A program made the translations under genes and the position numbers. DNA of 63,994 bases, filler included, from Asterionella formosa (Eukaryota), in NCBI GenBank assembly GCA_002256025.1. It is 16 parts of 16 records of this genome, joined end to end, with 100 filler letters (N's around TTAATTAATTAA, not from the genome) between each part and the next. Parts side by side here need not be neighbours in the genome. Positions count along the whole stretch, not along the records: positions 12,076 to 15,989 come from NKIB01013829.1; positions 16,090 to 20,003 come from NKIB01013831.1; positions 20,104 to 24,016 come from NKIB01013832.1; 13 more parts are not named here. The stretch is one strand, 5' to 3'. Numbering within the stretch: the first letter of the stretch is position 1; the number at the start of each line of letters is the position of its first letter. This document shows, piece after piece, positions 12,076 to 23,629 of the stretch. Below the pieces are notes generated by a model. It was not told the DNA's origin and did no database searches. It was given only the letters and a program-made list of their open reading frames with translations.

Positions 12076-14432
12076 CGATGATGAGAGATATCAAGACCGA
12101 CTTCTTCTTCAAGACCGTCGACACGGAACATGCCAAGCAAGTTCAGAACGACAAAGAAAGGGGTCATAACACAAGTAACCCATCCAACGATCCAACAAAC
12201 AGCGACGAACTGGTTGAGGAGGAGGTTGACATCAGATCCGTTGTAGATCCATCCGGTGTGGGTGATATTAGAGTAGGCAAGTTCCTGACGGTCTGGTTCA
12301 GCAAAGAAACCCACAGCAAGGATTCCCCAAATGCCGTTTGCAAAGTGAACTGGGACAGCGTCCACGGCATCATCAATTCTAAGCTTAATCAACATCTTGG
12401 AAGCTCCGTAATAGAAAAATGCAGCGATGAATCCGATAATGAAGGCAGCCCAAGGCGTTACAACGGCACATCCTGCCGTGATTGCAACAAGTCCTCCTAG
12501 TGCGCCGTTCATAGCCATTGTGAGATCGTAAGATATTTCACTATCCTTGTAGGCTTCAATAATAGTGTCAAGGAACATGCAAGTGACACATCCAGTTGCA
12601 CCTGCAATGGTGGTAGTAACAGCTGCAAGCCCGGAAACAGCTGCTGACGTCGGGTTGGCAATTTTGAGAGCGGAACCAGGATTGAATCCATACCATCCGA
12701 ACCATAGGAGGAATGTCCCAAGGATCTGCAACGCTACTGAGTGCGGAGGAAACTCGGTTGGTTTCTGATGTGGGTTGCCATCGTCATCGTAAAAGCGACC
12801 TCTGCGGGGTCCGAGAATGATGGCGGCAACAAGCGCAGTAGTGCCACCTGTCAAATGCACAACTCCAGAGCCGGCGAAATCAATGACACCCATTCCCCGA
12901 AACGGCTCATCAGCAAATGCGTTCAAGAATCCATCGGATGCCCAAATCGAATGAACGACAACAGGGTAGACGAAGGCAGTAAGAAAGAAGGAGTAACACA
13001 AGTATGCAGCCATTTTGCAACGCTCTGCAACTGTTCCAGCAACAATAGTGGCAGCAGTGGCAGCAAAAGCAAATTGGAAAAACCATCCCATGTATTGAGG
13101 CCCAGTGGTGTAATCCGCAAGGAAGAATGCATCATTTCCAACGAAGCGGGTCTGGCTTGTATCACCGTCCTTGTCACCGTATGCAAGAGCAAATCCGATT
13201 GACCAAAAACCAAGGGCACCACCACAAGCTGGCGAAGTAGTGTTAGTTTAGCCTTAATTTCGCCTGCGTAATAAATCAAGGAGCGATTTAGCCTTACCAT
13301 CAAGCAAGTTCTTCAACATAATATTTTTGACGTTCTTTTGACGGACAGATCCTGCACAGAGCATAGCGAATCCTGTCTGCATCATGAAGACAAGAGCACC
13401 CTGTTGAATGGGAATTGTGAGCAAAAAATTGGATGTAAACTACCGATTGATCAAGAAATGTTGAAATAGCATCGAAAATGGCGGAGACACGTTTTGATAT
13501 ACCACGACATGAAATAAATCATGGGCGCGTGCAACACAAGAACGAAGGTCACAATCATGGGTATGTATGTACCGTGGAACTGGTATATTCATAGTTTTAG
13601 ATGCCGGCAGTCTACTCCACAATAATCAACAAATGTTCTGGATAAATTTGGGAAGTATGATCTTTAAATGATGCCGGGTACACGGTATGTACATAAAGCA
13701 TGTGTGTCATGTCCACGGTCGGCTCCATCCGCCTCAAACAACGGAAGTTTGAATGACGACGACAACAAAAAAAAGCAAAAAGATGTGGTGGAGTTGGAGT
13801 GACGAGGTCGAAACAAAAGCAACGCCTTTCCGACCGATCAAAGTCATGGCGCCGTATTGGAAAAGGTCTTTTATCAGCACAGCGTATGCTTCGCCGACAA
13901 TATTTCAAAATCGCCCACAAAAGATACGACCGAACGACAACCAAAGAACGGTTGTTGTGCCGAAGCCCATCAACTATCGAATCAAGCCACGAGTAAAAGG
14001 TAACTTCGATAGTGACTCACCGCAAAGAGAAGGAAGAAGACATTGACTCCCTCAACCACATCGCTGATAGAAGTATTGATAGTGTCGATTTCCTGTGTTG
14101 ATAAGGCAAATTACATTGCGGTTAGAATACTTCACGAAGGACAGACAAGGACTTTAGATTTCTTATTTCGGCAAGAACTAAAAATCTTGATAATAGTGTA
14201 CCATTGTTCTTCTCAATAGAAGTTCACTCAAGAAATTCAGTCATAGCCTTAGAACACTGCCCAGAATCAAGTAGGTGCCGCGTTCCAAAACCTGAACAAA
14301 ATCACAAGGCCGCGTTCCCTGTCAACAAAACATCAATGAAGAACTTACGCTGGTGAATGCCGCAAAGAGAGCACACTCGGCGGAATTCGAATTCTCTTGG
14401 AGATCGCAATAAGCAGTGAGATTCAAAGACAT
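12076..14432 (-). CDS. AMT1: Ammonium transporter, AMT1 type; exons 14432-14349, 14092-14021, 13400-13298, 13228-<12076 (3' end truncated)
   Basis: Spliced N-terminus ...[47 protein letters not shown]. Motifs [47 protein letters not shown] and [11 protein letters not shown]. All three introns are GT-AG and phase-compatible. Confidence 0.95.
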
Positions 14433-14599
14433 GGTGGCAGGATTGAATTAACCGAAACGTCACAGCAACGAGAAACAGAGAGACTCGGTATATTTCTGGT
14501 CTGACGAGAAGTGAGAATTTATGTTGTGAAAAAGTGTAGAGTTCGTTGGAAAAAGGAATAAGAAGGAACAATATACAGTGTACTAACCCGTATCAGTAA

Positions 14600-14780
14600 C
14601 ATGGTACTCACCAGGGTACCAGTTACCTGGTTGGAGTACCAGGTATCTGGTACAGTAAGGTACCTGGAACTCTACCAGGAGTACGGTACCTGGTACCATG
14701 TAGAATTATACCAGTAGGAGTCCCAATATGCCGGTCGTACCAGGTTGACACTGTAGGAACCAGAAAAACCTGGTGGGTAT
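14600..14780. repeat. Cluster of GGTACC/ACC(T/A)GGT palindromic units upstream of AMT1
   Basis: For example GGGTACCAG, GTACCAGGTATCTGGTAC, GGTACCTGG and GGTACCTGGTACC, 170-350 nt upstream of the ATG. Confidence 0.8.
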
Positions 14781-15256
14781 GATACATTTTAAATCAGAAA
14801 GCAGAAGATACCACTAATACTGGTATGATCCCCTGCTGGTATACATTGCGAGGTCGCCCTGTATTTTCCCAAAATATTATTATCAAGTACCTCAATCCAC
14901 ACATCATGTAAAACAAAACAAAATAAAATAGTTGGAAGTAAAATTAGCTTTCACCAAGAGGCAGTAATTTTACCATTTTTGAATGAAAAGATAGAAGCCA
15001 TACTGGTACTTGATGGACCTTTCATTTGTGAAAATTATAGAAAAATGAATATGCAGCAAGCTCATGCTTTGTGTTATCCTCAAGATAGCAAGTCAAAACA
15101 ATGGTGAATGCACAAAGAATGCTTGTGGATGTTTTAAGGTAAAGCATGCATGGTTGCAGTGTATGTTGCAAATGTTCTGCAAAATGTATGAACAAATTCA
15201 ATAAACAATTATAAACCCACATTTGGTAACATTACTTTTCATCAGATTTTTTGTCA

Positions 15257-15486
15257 TACGAAAATCTGAAGAAACAGGTGTGTAGGATACTGTGGTGAAT
15301 ATAGTAATGAGTGGATAATGTCTCAAGCTATGATTTATCTAATTTAATTTTCCTTGGTAATCTGCATTTTCGTTGTACGAAAATCTGAAGAAACAGGTGT
15401 GTAGGAAACTGTGGTGAATTTAGTAATGATTGGATAATGCCTCAAGCTATGGTTTATCTCATTTAATTTTCCTTGGTAATCTGCAT
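15257..15486. repeat. 119-bp tandem duplication
   Basis: TACGAAAATCTGAAGAAACAGG...GGTAATCTGCAT at 15257 and 15376, with few substitutions. Confidence 0.95.
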
Positions 15487-16170
15487 ACTAGCTACCAGTA
15501 TACGTAGGCATCCTTGAAACAACCCTATATCAAGGGTCTGACTGGTGATTTCCTTAAACGTGTTTTACCAGATAAGAAAATCAAATTCAAATTCAAATCG
15601 CCTTGAAATTTCTATCTGCGACTAGAAAAAATGGCCGTGACTGCAGAGCATATTTACAAAACAAGCGTTTGTATCTAGATACTGTGTCTTATTGCTTCAA
15701 ATCTGATTAATGAAATAACCCGGAATGGTATATAAATAGTAGCGTCGATTCAGCAGATTTCACTACTGGTAGAGTAAATTCTGCTGATTTGGATTTCATC
15801 AGAAATGATGTAACAGGTCGGCTTCTTTCCCCCTCCCCCCCAGCATGTTATTCAATGCTTGTTTCTAGAAGTTTGGGCCTGCTGAATTCTATACTTTCCG
15901 GTACTTCCATCCAAACCACATTAAGGAGCAAGCAATCAGTGTCTCAAGGTAAAATAAACAGGAATTAGTCATTGGCTGAGTAGGATATGNNNNNNNNNNN
16001 NNNNNNNNNNNNNNNNNNNNNNNNNNNNNNNNNTTAATTAATTAANNNNNNNNNNNNNNNNNNNNNNNNNNNNNNNNNNNNNNNNNNNNCCAAGTATCGT
16101 TTTTCCTTTTTTTTAGTCGTAAATTACGTTTATCTGTTTTGTGCACACATGTTTGAGTAGAAATTGATTC

Positions 16171-17969
16171 ATGTCTTGCAACCGCTGCTTTCTCCTCCTC
16201 TTGGCATCAGTTCCAGCATCTCTCGCTCTGTGTCAAGGTGATGCAACTTCCTATTTTGGAACGAACGTCCAAGAGAAACAAGTGTATCTCGATTGGGTGG
16301 CAAATGACAGGAACGACTTTTACAAGGAATGTCTATTTCTAGAGTCTAGCCTGTCTAGTGCTGATTTCCCGCATGGTGCCGCGCTTCATTGGAGCACCAA
16401 CGCCACCCACGTGAGCATTGCAGTAGCTGTGCAAGCTGATGGATGGCTGGGTTTCGGATTGTCCGAAAACGGAGGAATGCGCGGAGCGGACATGTTTTTA
16501 TTTGCTGCCGCGGACAAGAATGGTTCTCTGACGGATGCGCATGTGCTACAAGAGCTTTACCCCATAAAGGACGAGTGTCAAAACTGGGACCTTGTCAATA
16601 CGGTAGTACAGTGCAGGATGGATTTATCATTGTTGAAGCCACAAGAGAACTTGATACCGGCGATATGCAAGACCGGAGACTTCTCAATGACACGGACCTG
16701 ACTGTCACCGCAAGCATGATCATTATGGCGTGGGGGGACACTGAGACTTGGTCCTATCATGGTAACAATTTCGTACGAGGTAATATTCGTATTTTTGGAG
16801 ATGGTCAGACAGTGGCGCAATCCTTTGCGACTACATTGGAAGAAGCTGATGGGGCCTTGGAATTACGAGCCAATAATTTTACAATTCCCTCCGATGAAAC
16901 GACTTATCAAGAATTTTGTTGGAATACCAACGATCTAATTGCCCTTGGTGTTCCCATGAACGAATCGATCCATATCATAGGTGCAGAAGCTATTGTGCCG
17001 GAAGCGACACGACAATATATCCATCATTTCATCTTGTTGGCAAGTTCCACTTCATCGTCGCAGAGTGTTTCTGAAAACTCTGAGCCATTTTTCTGCCAGG
17101 GGAAACTCGATGTTGAGATTTTATATGGTTGGGCACCTGGAGGCTCGCCATTGGTTTTTCCACAAAACGTTGGAGTCCCACTTGGTAAAGATGGCATCTC
17201 TGGCTTTCGCCTGCAAATTCATTACAACAATCCCAATATGGACACTAACATGGAGGTTGACACCAGTGGCATTCGACTCCTTTGGACCTTTAATCAACGC
17301 CAATACGATGCAGGAGTATTTTCTGTGGGCGATCCCCGCACCTTGCTAGCTGATCAACGGGTCGGTGAAGGACTAGCATCGGCGCAGTTTGATTGTCCAT
17401 CCACGTGCTCGTCATTAGGTCTCGATGAACCCGTATGGGTCTTTCGAGAGGCACTGCATATGCACAAGTCTGGAGTACGGGCATCAAATACGGTGAAACG
17501 AAATGGTGCAGTCGTGCATGAAGCCAGTGTGGATTTTTTTGACTTTGCACAGAATGGAGTGTTGAGCCCTCAACAAGAGGCATATCAAATATTTGCTGGC
17601 GACTCGTTTCATTCCACCTGCTACTATGAAAATAGTCCTGGGGAGAACCAGACATTTGGCCGCAGCAGTCAAGATGAAATGTGTATTGTCTTTATGTACT
17701 ATTATCCTCGCAAAACAATTCTTGGATTCTTACCTTTATTTTGTGGGTATGGTGTAGGTGCTTTACTTCCACCTTGTGGGGCAGAGTATTATTGCAACGA
17801 GCTGCTGTCTCCCTCTTCGTTGAATCGAACATTTGGATTGCCTGTCAACAATGGCAATTGCCGAGGTAAATCTGTCGCGGTAGAGAGTAATTTAACGTCA
17901 GGTTCTGTGAGAAAATCCGTGGTTTCTTTTTTGGCATTGGTTATTGCACATGTCCTCATTTTCTGTTGA
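16171..17969 (+). pseudogene. DOMON + copper type II ascorbate-dependent monooxygenase (DBH/MOXD1-like), one frameshift at ~16606-16610
   Basis: Signal peptide; DOMON motif GWLGFGLSENGGMRGADM; copper ligands HHFIL, LQIHY, HMH and DEMC; hydrophobic GPI-like tail. Removing GTACA (16606-16610) fuses the two ORFs as NTVVQDGFIIVEA. Confidence 0.85.
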
Positions 17970-18560
17970 TATGAATTTGCAAATGATTCAGTGATACGAA
18001 CCTTAAACAATGGCATTATATTTTTTCCGGATTTATTGCCCAAATGCTCACACCAATGCCAATACATTATTTGGGACATTGTCAATCTACCAGTATCTGT
18101 TTCTATGTTTGGATTATATGGATGAATGAGTTCAACAGATTTCATTGAATAAGATGGAACGGTTCTTGCCACAGTATGAAAAGTATACATATACATAATC
18201 CTCTTTATAGATTCTCATTTTTATATTATTATCGTCATCCAGCATGCAAATACAATCGAAATTATATTGTTGTTCCAATTTATAGCACGGTCGATTTCCG
18301 GTGCTGGACTTCGATGTCAACTTTGTTGGATTTTTTTCAACGAATAGCAATCATCCAGGATGAACCACTCCAAATGGTCCAAAACATCCGTGCGCGTGAG
18401 CACAGTGCTGGACTCTTATACATAATATTGTGTTCGTTACTTTCGCACTTTTGTTCGCTTCTCACAGAAATAACTGATAAACAACAATAACAAAAAACTA
18501 CTATTTAGCATACTGAAGCTCGTCAGTTTTCTTCTGGAGATTCCAGTGAACGCGGTACCA

Positions 18561-19832
18561 TCATCCCATGGATGCTTTGGCAGCTGCCTTGGCTGCTTGG
18601 ATTGCTGCCTTTGTATTTATAGGTACTGGCCTCACAATGGAGGCTTGAATCCATACCACAACAAACCACGCTACAAAAATAAATTTGTATTTTTGCACTA
18701 GTTGTATGGCTTTCCGAAGGATGGTTGCCACATACCATAACCGTTTTGACGTTTTGACGGTCCATTGAATTCGCTTTGGAGTAATCTTGTGACAAAACGA
18801 GACAATGGTCGATGCGTGTTGGTCGGATAGTGGGACACCACCCATGGCGGCCAAGGACTGTAACTGCACTTTCGATGCGGAATTTAAATATTTGCAAATT
18901 GTGTCAGATTCAGTTTCCAATTTTTTAGTAAGATTGGATAACACAGATTTGGCCAATCCGCCACCCTGTCCTGACAATAATGATGCCATTGGGTTAGCGT
19001 AAGTAGACGTAGAATCTCTAGTACTAAGAGGCGACTTGTTCAACATTGATTCAAACAACGGATTTGCTGCACTTTCAAACGGATTCTTCCCTGCCATTAT
19101 GTTTTGCAAAATGGCTGGGCTCCCCCCAAAGTGTTCCGCTACAGCATCCGTACCAGTCCCATGTTCTCTCATTAACTTCCCATACAGTGCCACTGCTTTG
19201 CGATCTCCCAAAAACGCCGCCGACCTGGCATCTTGCATCGCTTCTTCTGGTCGATCCAATCCCAAATATGCCTTGCTACGCCGATGTAGCGCTCTGGCTC
19301 GCATCGCCCCCGATTGATTGTATTCCAATAGTTCCGTGCATACATCGACACAGTCGTCATAATGTTCACATTTTAACAAACACAAGGCATGATGCAATTG
19401 ACATGTCGCTTGATCATCTTGATATTCTTCCAATTCGTGAAGTAAGTCCGCGGCTTGAGCAAAGAGCTGAGCTGCCTCGTACCAGTCACCATTGTCGTGC
19501 AATAGTTTGCCCTGGAGGCGTAGTTCGGATGCTTGATCGTAACGTAGTATTCGTTCAGGAATTATCTGTTCTTCGTCCATGGTGTCGTTTGCTGCCGTCA
19601 CAGTAGCCTCATTGTAATTGGTTGTTGCTGAAGCAGCTGCCTGTTCTAACGGCACTTGTTGTACGTTGGGGACAGCCGAGGACTCCTCCACAGCGCCTCC
19701 TCGGACCAGTTGAGTCCGTCGTAGCAGTCTGATTGGTATTGATGCCCGCGATGCGACAAATGACCGGGTATGTGCCAACGGAAGCAGGATAATACCAAGT
19801 GCCAAGACAACAGTGTGTTGCTGGAGCTTCAT
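18561..19832 (-). CDS. TPR-repeat protein with signal peptide and C-terminal transmembrane segment
   Basis: Three TPR-like helical pairs (LRLQGKLLHDNGDWYEAAQLF, HHALCLLKCEHYDDCV, ALHRRSKAYLGLDRPEEAMQDA). First ATG is at 19832; hydrophobic N- and C-terminal stretches. Confidence 0.85.
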   Translation of the reverse strand: MKLQQHTVVLALGIILLPLAHTRSFVASRASIPIRLLRRTQLVRGGAVEESSAVPNVQQVPLEQAAASATTNYNEATVTAANDTMDEEQIIPERILRYDQASELRLQGKLLHDNGDWYEAAQLFAQAADLLHELEEYQDDQATCQLHHALCLLKCEHYDDCVDVCTELLEYNQSGAMRARALHRRSKAYLGLDRPEEAMQDARSAAFLGDRKAVALYGKLMREHGTGTDAVAEHFGGSPAILQNIMAGKNPFESAANPLFESMLNKSPLSTRDSTSTYANPMASLLSGQGGGLAKSVLSNLTKKLETESDTICKYLNSASKVQLQSLAAMGGVPLSDQHASTIVSFCHKITPKRIQWTVKTSKRLWYVATILRKAIQLVQKYKFIFVAWFVVVWIQASIVRPVPINTKAAIQAAKAAAKASMG

Positions 19833-20963
19833 ATTTGTAATACTGATTACCAATAACCGGAGTAGTAACAAATTTCTATTGTTGTGCAGTTGGTTCGTTC
19901 TTTGGCTGGTCGTTTTGCAAGGACAATTTCGGCCACAAAATAAGGCAAAAAACCCTGATTGCTGGTGTTTGAAGGCAGCAACAGATCGGCAGATACAACC
20001 ACTNNNNNNNNNNNNNNNNNNNNNNNNNNNNNNNNNNNNNNNNNNNNTTAATTAATTAANNNNNNNNNNNNNNNNNNNNNNNNNNNNNNNNNNNNNNNNN
20101 NNNTGAAGAAGCGCAGCGGGGTGACAAGAGTAGATCAATGCAGCAGACGAAAGGCAACGCCACAAAGAAGAAGAAAAAGAGAAGCAATGTCATAGCACGT
20201 GGATTCAAATGAATGAGCTATATTTTCAGAGTTTTGAGTACACAGAACACTAGGATAGGCTTCGATGACTCGTAGCCCTGGTTCAGTGCAGCAAGCAGTT
20301 ACAGCATCGTTCACACTCTTTTCTCGGGTCGAAGCCGTATTATAATGTGTAGGCCATGTCCCGTTTTCGTGACAAGGAGCTGTCCTTATAATTCTTTATT
20401 ATTGGGAATGCCATTATGGGTCGACAGGGAGAAGCTACATGGACTTAAAAGTAGGTCAATCAGCATTCGTGTTCCAGTGCGCATTTTCGTTGTTGTCCTT
20501 GAAAAGAGTGCTAATCAAATAACCCAAGAACTCAATGCAATGATGTATCATCTATTGCAAGTTGTAATGAATGTTCAATCTTTTCACATCCATATAGTCC
20601 TCGTCTTGAGGTGACAGTGAGGATTCTGAAGTAGTAAGGAAATCAGTTGCCAAATATACAATGCATCTTGAACATTCGAAAAAGTTTGTTTCTTTCATCT
20701 ATACCTTCATACTATAGGTCCCCCCAATAAAATGTGTGACTTTTAATTTCAATGATGAGTTTAATTTTGACTGACAAACATTGAAATTGCACATCTGTTC
20801 AAATGTATTTAACAGATAGCCCAACAGGCACAATCTGAAATCACACAAAAATGGGCCAATACTTTTTTGATGATTTGATATATAACATCGTCATTGCAAA
20901 CTGGGCGCGCTCTGATAAGAAAAGAATATATTATATCATGTGCATTATAACATAAATTCTTGA

Positions 20964-21203
20964 GGGAATGGCTTAGTTGGTTGCGCACATTTCCTTTGAT
21001 CTGAAGTTGTGGGGTTCGATTCCCGCAATTATGTACTGGTAGTCCCTTGGGTTCCAGGTGGTGAGACAGACAACAAGCAGGTCTAAGGCCCATTTGGGGG
21101 GCCGAGTGTGACATCACGCACAACCTCCAGTTCTTTCATAGTTTAGTAGCGTACTGGTACTATAAAATTTACTTTAAAATTTCTTGTAAAAGAGGAATAC
21201 ATA
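20964..21203 (+). mobile_element. tRNA-headed SINE-like element, copy 1
   Basis: Pol III A-box TGGCTTAGTTGG (20969-20980) and B-box GGTTCGATTCCC (21013-21024). The ~180-nt body is closely similar to 22872-23040 on the opposite strand. Confidence 0.65.
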
Positions 21204-21551
21204 TTTTGCGTTGTTGATGACAAGATGAGCATCAAAACACACGAAAATAACTTTAACATACAACATCCAAAAAATTGAACTTGATGTTTGGAGCAACCAA
21301 AGCATGATATCCAATATTCAATAGAGTGCTGCAATGAATACAATCTAGTCTTGCATCTGATTCATTGGTTGTGATCTGAAATTTGCAAAAAAACTTGCAG
21401 ATGAATAATAATAGCACAAATCTTGCTTAGCACCCATGAGCCCTAAAATTTGATTGGTGTTGATCAAATTGGGTATCTCTGGTTCACACCTAACAAAAAT
21501 TTTACAGTACAAATAACAGTGTAATATATAAAAATCTGAATATTCATGAAA

Positions 21552-21850
21552 GGGAAAGGCTTAGTGGTTTAGCATGTTGCCTTTGCTCTGAGGTTGTTTG
21601 GTTTGATTCCCGCAATTTTTTGAGAAGCAATTGTTGGGTTTGACTCTCACACTCCTTACTGTCCTGCACGGTCTTGTTTGGTGTGCAAGAAATAGTTGAT
21701 TTTTCCCCACTACAAGCAGCTTGTGCTGCCTTCCTAGGTGGTCAGGCGGAGTTTCCCCTAACACTGTGGCTAGGAGAATCACCTTTCGTGAACGGTGGTT
21801 GGGGACTCACATACAGTACCGGTAACAAAACTAGGAAATACAGGTCTTGT
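21552..21850 (+). mobile_element. Element with the same tRNA-like head but a different body
   Basis: GGGAAAGGCTTAGTGGTT...GGTTTGATTCCCGCAATT matches the head of copy 1. The 3' limit is uncertain. Confidence 0.45.
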
Positions 21851-22227
21851 TGGTTGGTAGCACAATTTATTACATAAATTCTTGTACTCGTAACCCTAAA
21901 ATTTAGTCAACACAAACCCAAATGTTTAGTACAGTTATACAGTGACAGTGTATTATGTAAAAATATGTTTATCCATGAATGCCTTCATGTGTTTCCCGGA
22001 ATATTTCATGACTTGCTCACTCATACCCAAATGGCTTGCTCTCACCAAAGTTGGTGTGTATATCATAACATATCAATCACTCCTCTTCAATAAATCAATC
22101 GTCATCTCATTTAGATTTCGACTATGTCGTCAACCTCTTCCTGTCAAAAGAGACCAGCCAGAGAGGGTTTCCTTCCTCTCCAACAAGGTTCCTGGAACAA
22201 CGCCGTCTCCAGAAAGGGCAACAGTCA

Positions 22228-22332
22228 GAATCAGAATCAGAAGAAGAAGAAGAAGAGAAGGAAGGGAAGGAAGGGAAGGAAGGGAAAGAAGGGAAGGAAG
22301 AGAAGGAGGAGGAGGAGGAAGAGGAAGAGGGT
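22228..22332. repeat. Purine-rich low-complexity tract (GAA, GAAGGGAAG, GAG units)
   Basis: Directly visible. One frame reads as poly-Glu/(EGK)n. Confidence 0.9.
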
Positions 22333-22638
22333 GGAGATGACACAGCCAAGTTTGTCACATGGTGTTCATGAATCCACCCATTGTAGAATTTTTTTGCTGT
22401 GTTTCATTTCCAGCTCGTTGCAAGGTCAGTTTCAGGCCAACCAGCCATTTCTACTTAAGAAATTTTTATTTGAATATATTTCTGATTTATCATGATTGCA
22501 AAAAAAATAAAAATAAGGTGGTATCTTGTGCAGTAGGCAGTCTTGCACCAATGGCATCCTCATATGTAAGAAGCACCTTTTACAATCATTTGCCTTGAAA
22601 ACCTCAATCAAACACTCCGTGAACAATGAGTCAAGCCC

Positions 22639-22871
22639 AAAATGATTTGAATAATCAAAAAGGAACCGCAAGTCCTGGTCCATGCTAACCCAAGTGCGAG
22701 ACATCGGAGGAAACAGTGGAATCTGTACTGACTCTTTTTGGTTGGTGAGCTCCTGACAATGAAATCCATGATTTTCCTACAGGTGGTCAAGGAATCAAAA
22801 TATGGCTTGAATATCTGGTATGCGGATAAAGATTACAGTCCGGGTTCCTATTTGATTATTCAAATCATTTT
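22639..22871. mobile_element. MITE-like element with 29-bp terminal inverted repeats
   Basis: AAAATGATTTGAATAATCAAAAAGGAACC (22639-22667) pairs with 22843-22871 with one mismatch. No target duplication is visible. Confidence 0.6.
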
Positions 22872-23126
22872 ATGTATTCCTATTTTACAAGAAATTTTAA
22901 AGTACCAGTACGCTACTAAACTGTGAAAGAACTGGAGGTTGTGCGTGATGTCGCACTCGGCCCCCCAATGGGCCTTAGACCTGCTTGTTGTCTGTCTCAC
23001 CACCCGGAACCAAAGGGACTACGGTACCGGTACATAATCAGAGCAGGTGGAGAATGCGGGAATGATCGAACCCGCCACCTGCTCGGAAGGTGAGCTAAAT
23101 AACCAACTACCCGGCGATCTATTCCC
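22872..23126 (-). mobile_element. tRNA-headed SINE-like element, copy 2
   Basis: Reverse complement of the copy 1 body. Head GGGAAT...TAGTTGGTT...GGTTCGATcatTCCCGCA carries small insertions. Confidence 0.65.
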
Positions 23127-23160
23127 CTATATATATTTTATTTAAATATCACAAATACTG

Positions 23161-23299
23161 CCGTCATTCTTGTTGCATGCGAAAGAAATCTGCGATTTTA
23201 TTGCCCAAAAATTAGATATTGCCCATGAATAAAAATTACTTAGAATTACCCGAATGGTCAAACGATCATAGCTGGAGCGGGAATCGCTCGCAGGTCTGT
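23161..23299 (+). repeat. Dispersed repeat ending in a GAGCG-GGAAT-CGCTC hairpin
   Basis: Colinear similarity with 51338-51500 (ATATTGCCC..AATAAAAATTACTTA; CTGGAGCGGGAATCGCTC). Confidence 0.75.
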
Positions 23300-23629
23300 T
23301 GGATTTTGATCAATTTCCCATATACTACCGGTATGTGTACTGTGTACCGGAATCCATAAAAGGAATGCAAAATCAAATTTTTGTTACATGCACACAACGA
23401 ATAATAATACATAGGCGTTCGCCTGCAAAGCCTCGCTGTGCGTTCTGAATACATGATATACATACTTTGATACGATCAAAAGAGCGACGGATGCTCATTT
23501 TGTTGATCACAAACAGCATCCCGAGAAAAGATAGGACAAACCATATTTCGGCGGGCTCGATCGTATCTATGTTTCACATATTGGTCTGCTCTCCTCGCAG
23601 ACGAGCGAGCCTGTGTAGGACATTACATA

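Noticed and set aside
72..14432. Zn2Cys6 factor plus ammonium transporter as a nitrogen gene cluster
   Set aside because: They are on different contigs joined by length order, so there is no evidence of linkage.
20964..21030. Functional tRNA gene (also 21552 and 23126)
   Set aside because: A and B boxes are present, but I could not form a proper cloverleaf or acceptor stem, and two copies continue into a shared body.
22124..22495. Protamine-like Lys/Arg-rich protein
   Set aside because: It is a by-product of a purine-rich low-complexity tract that is open in several frames.
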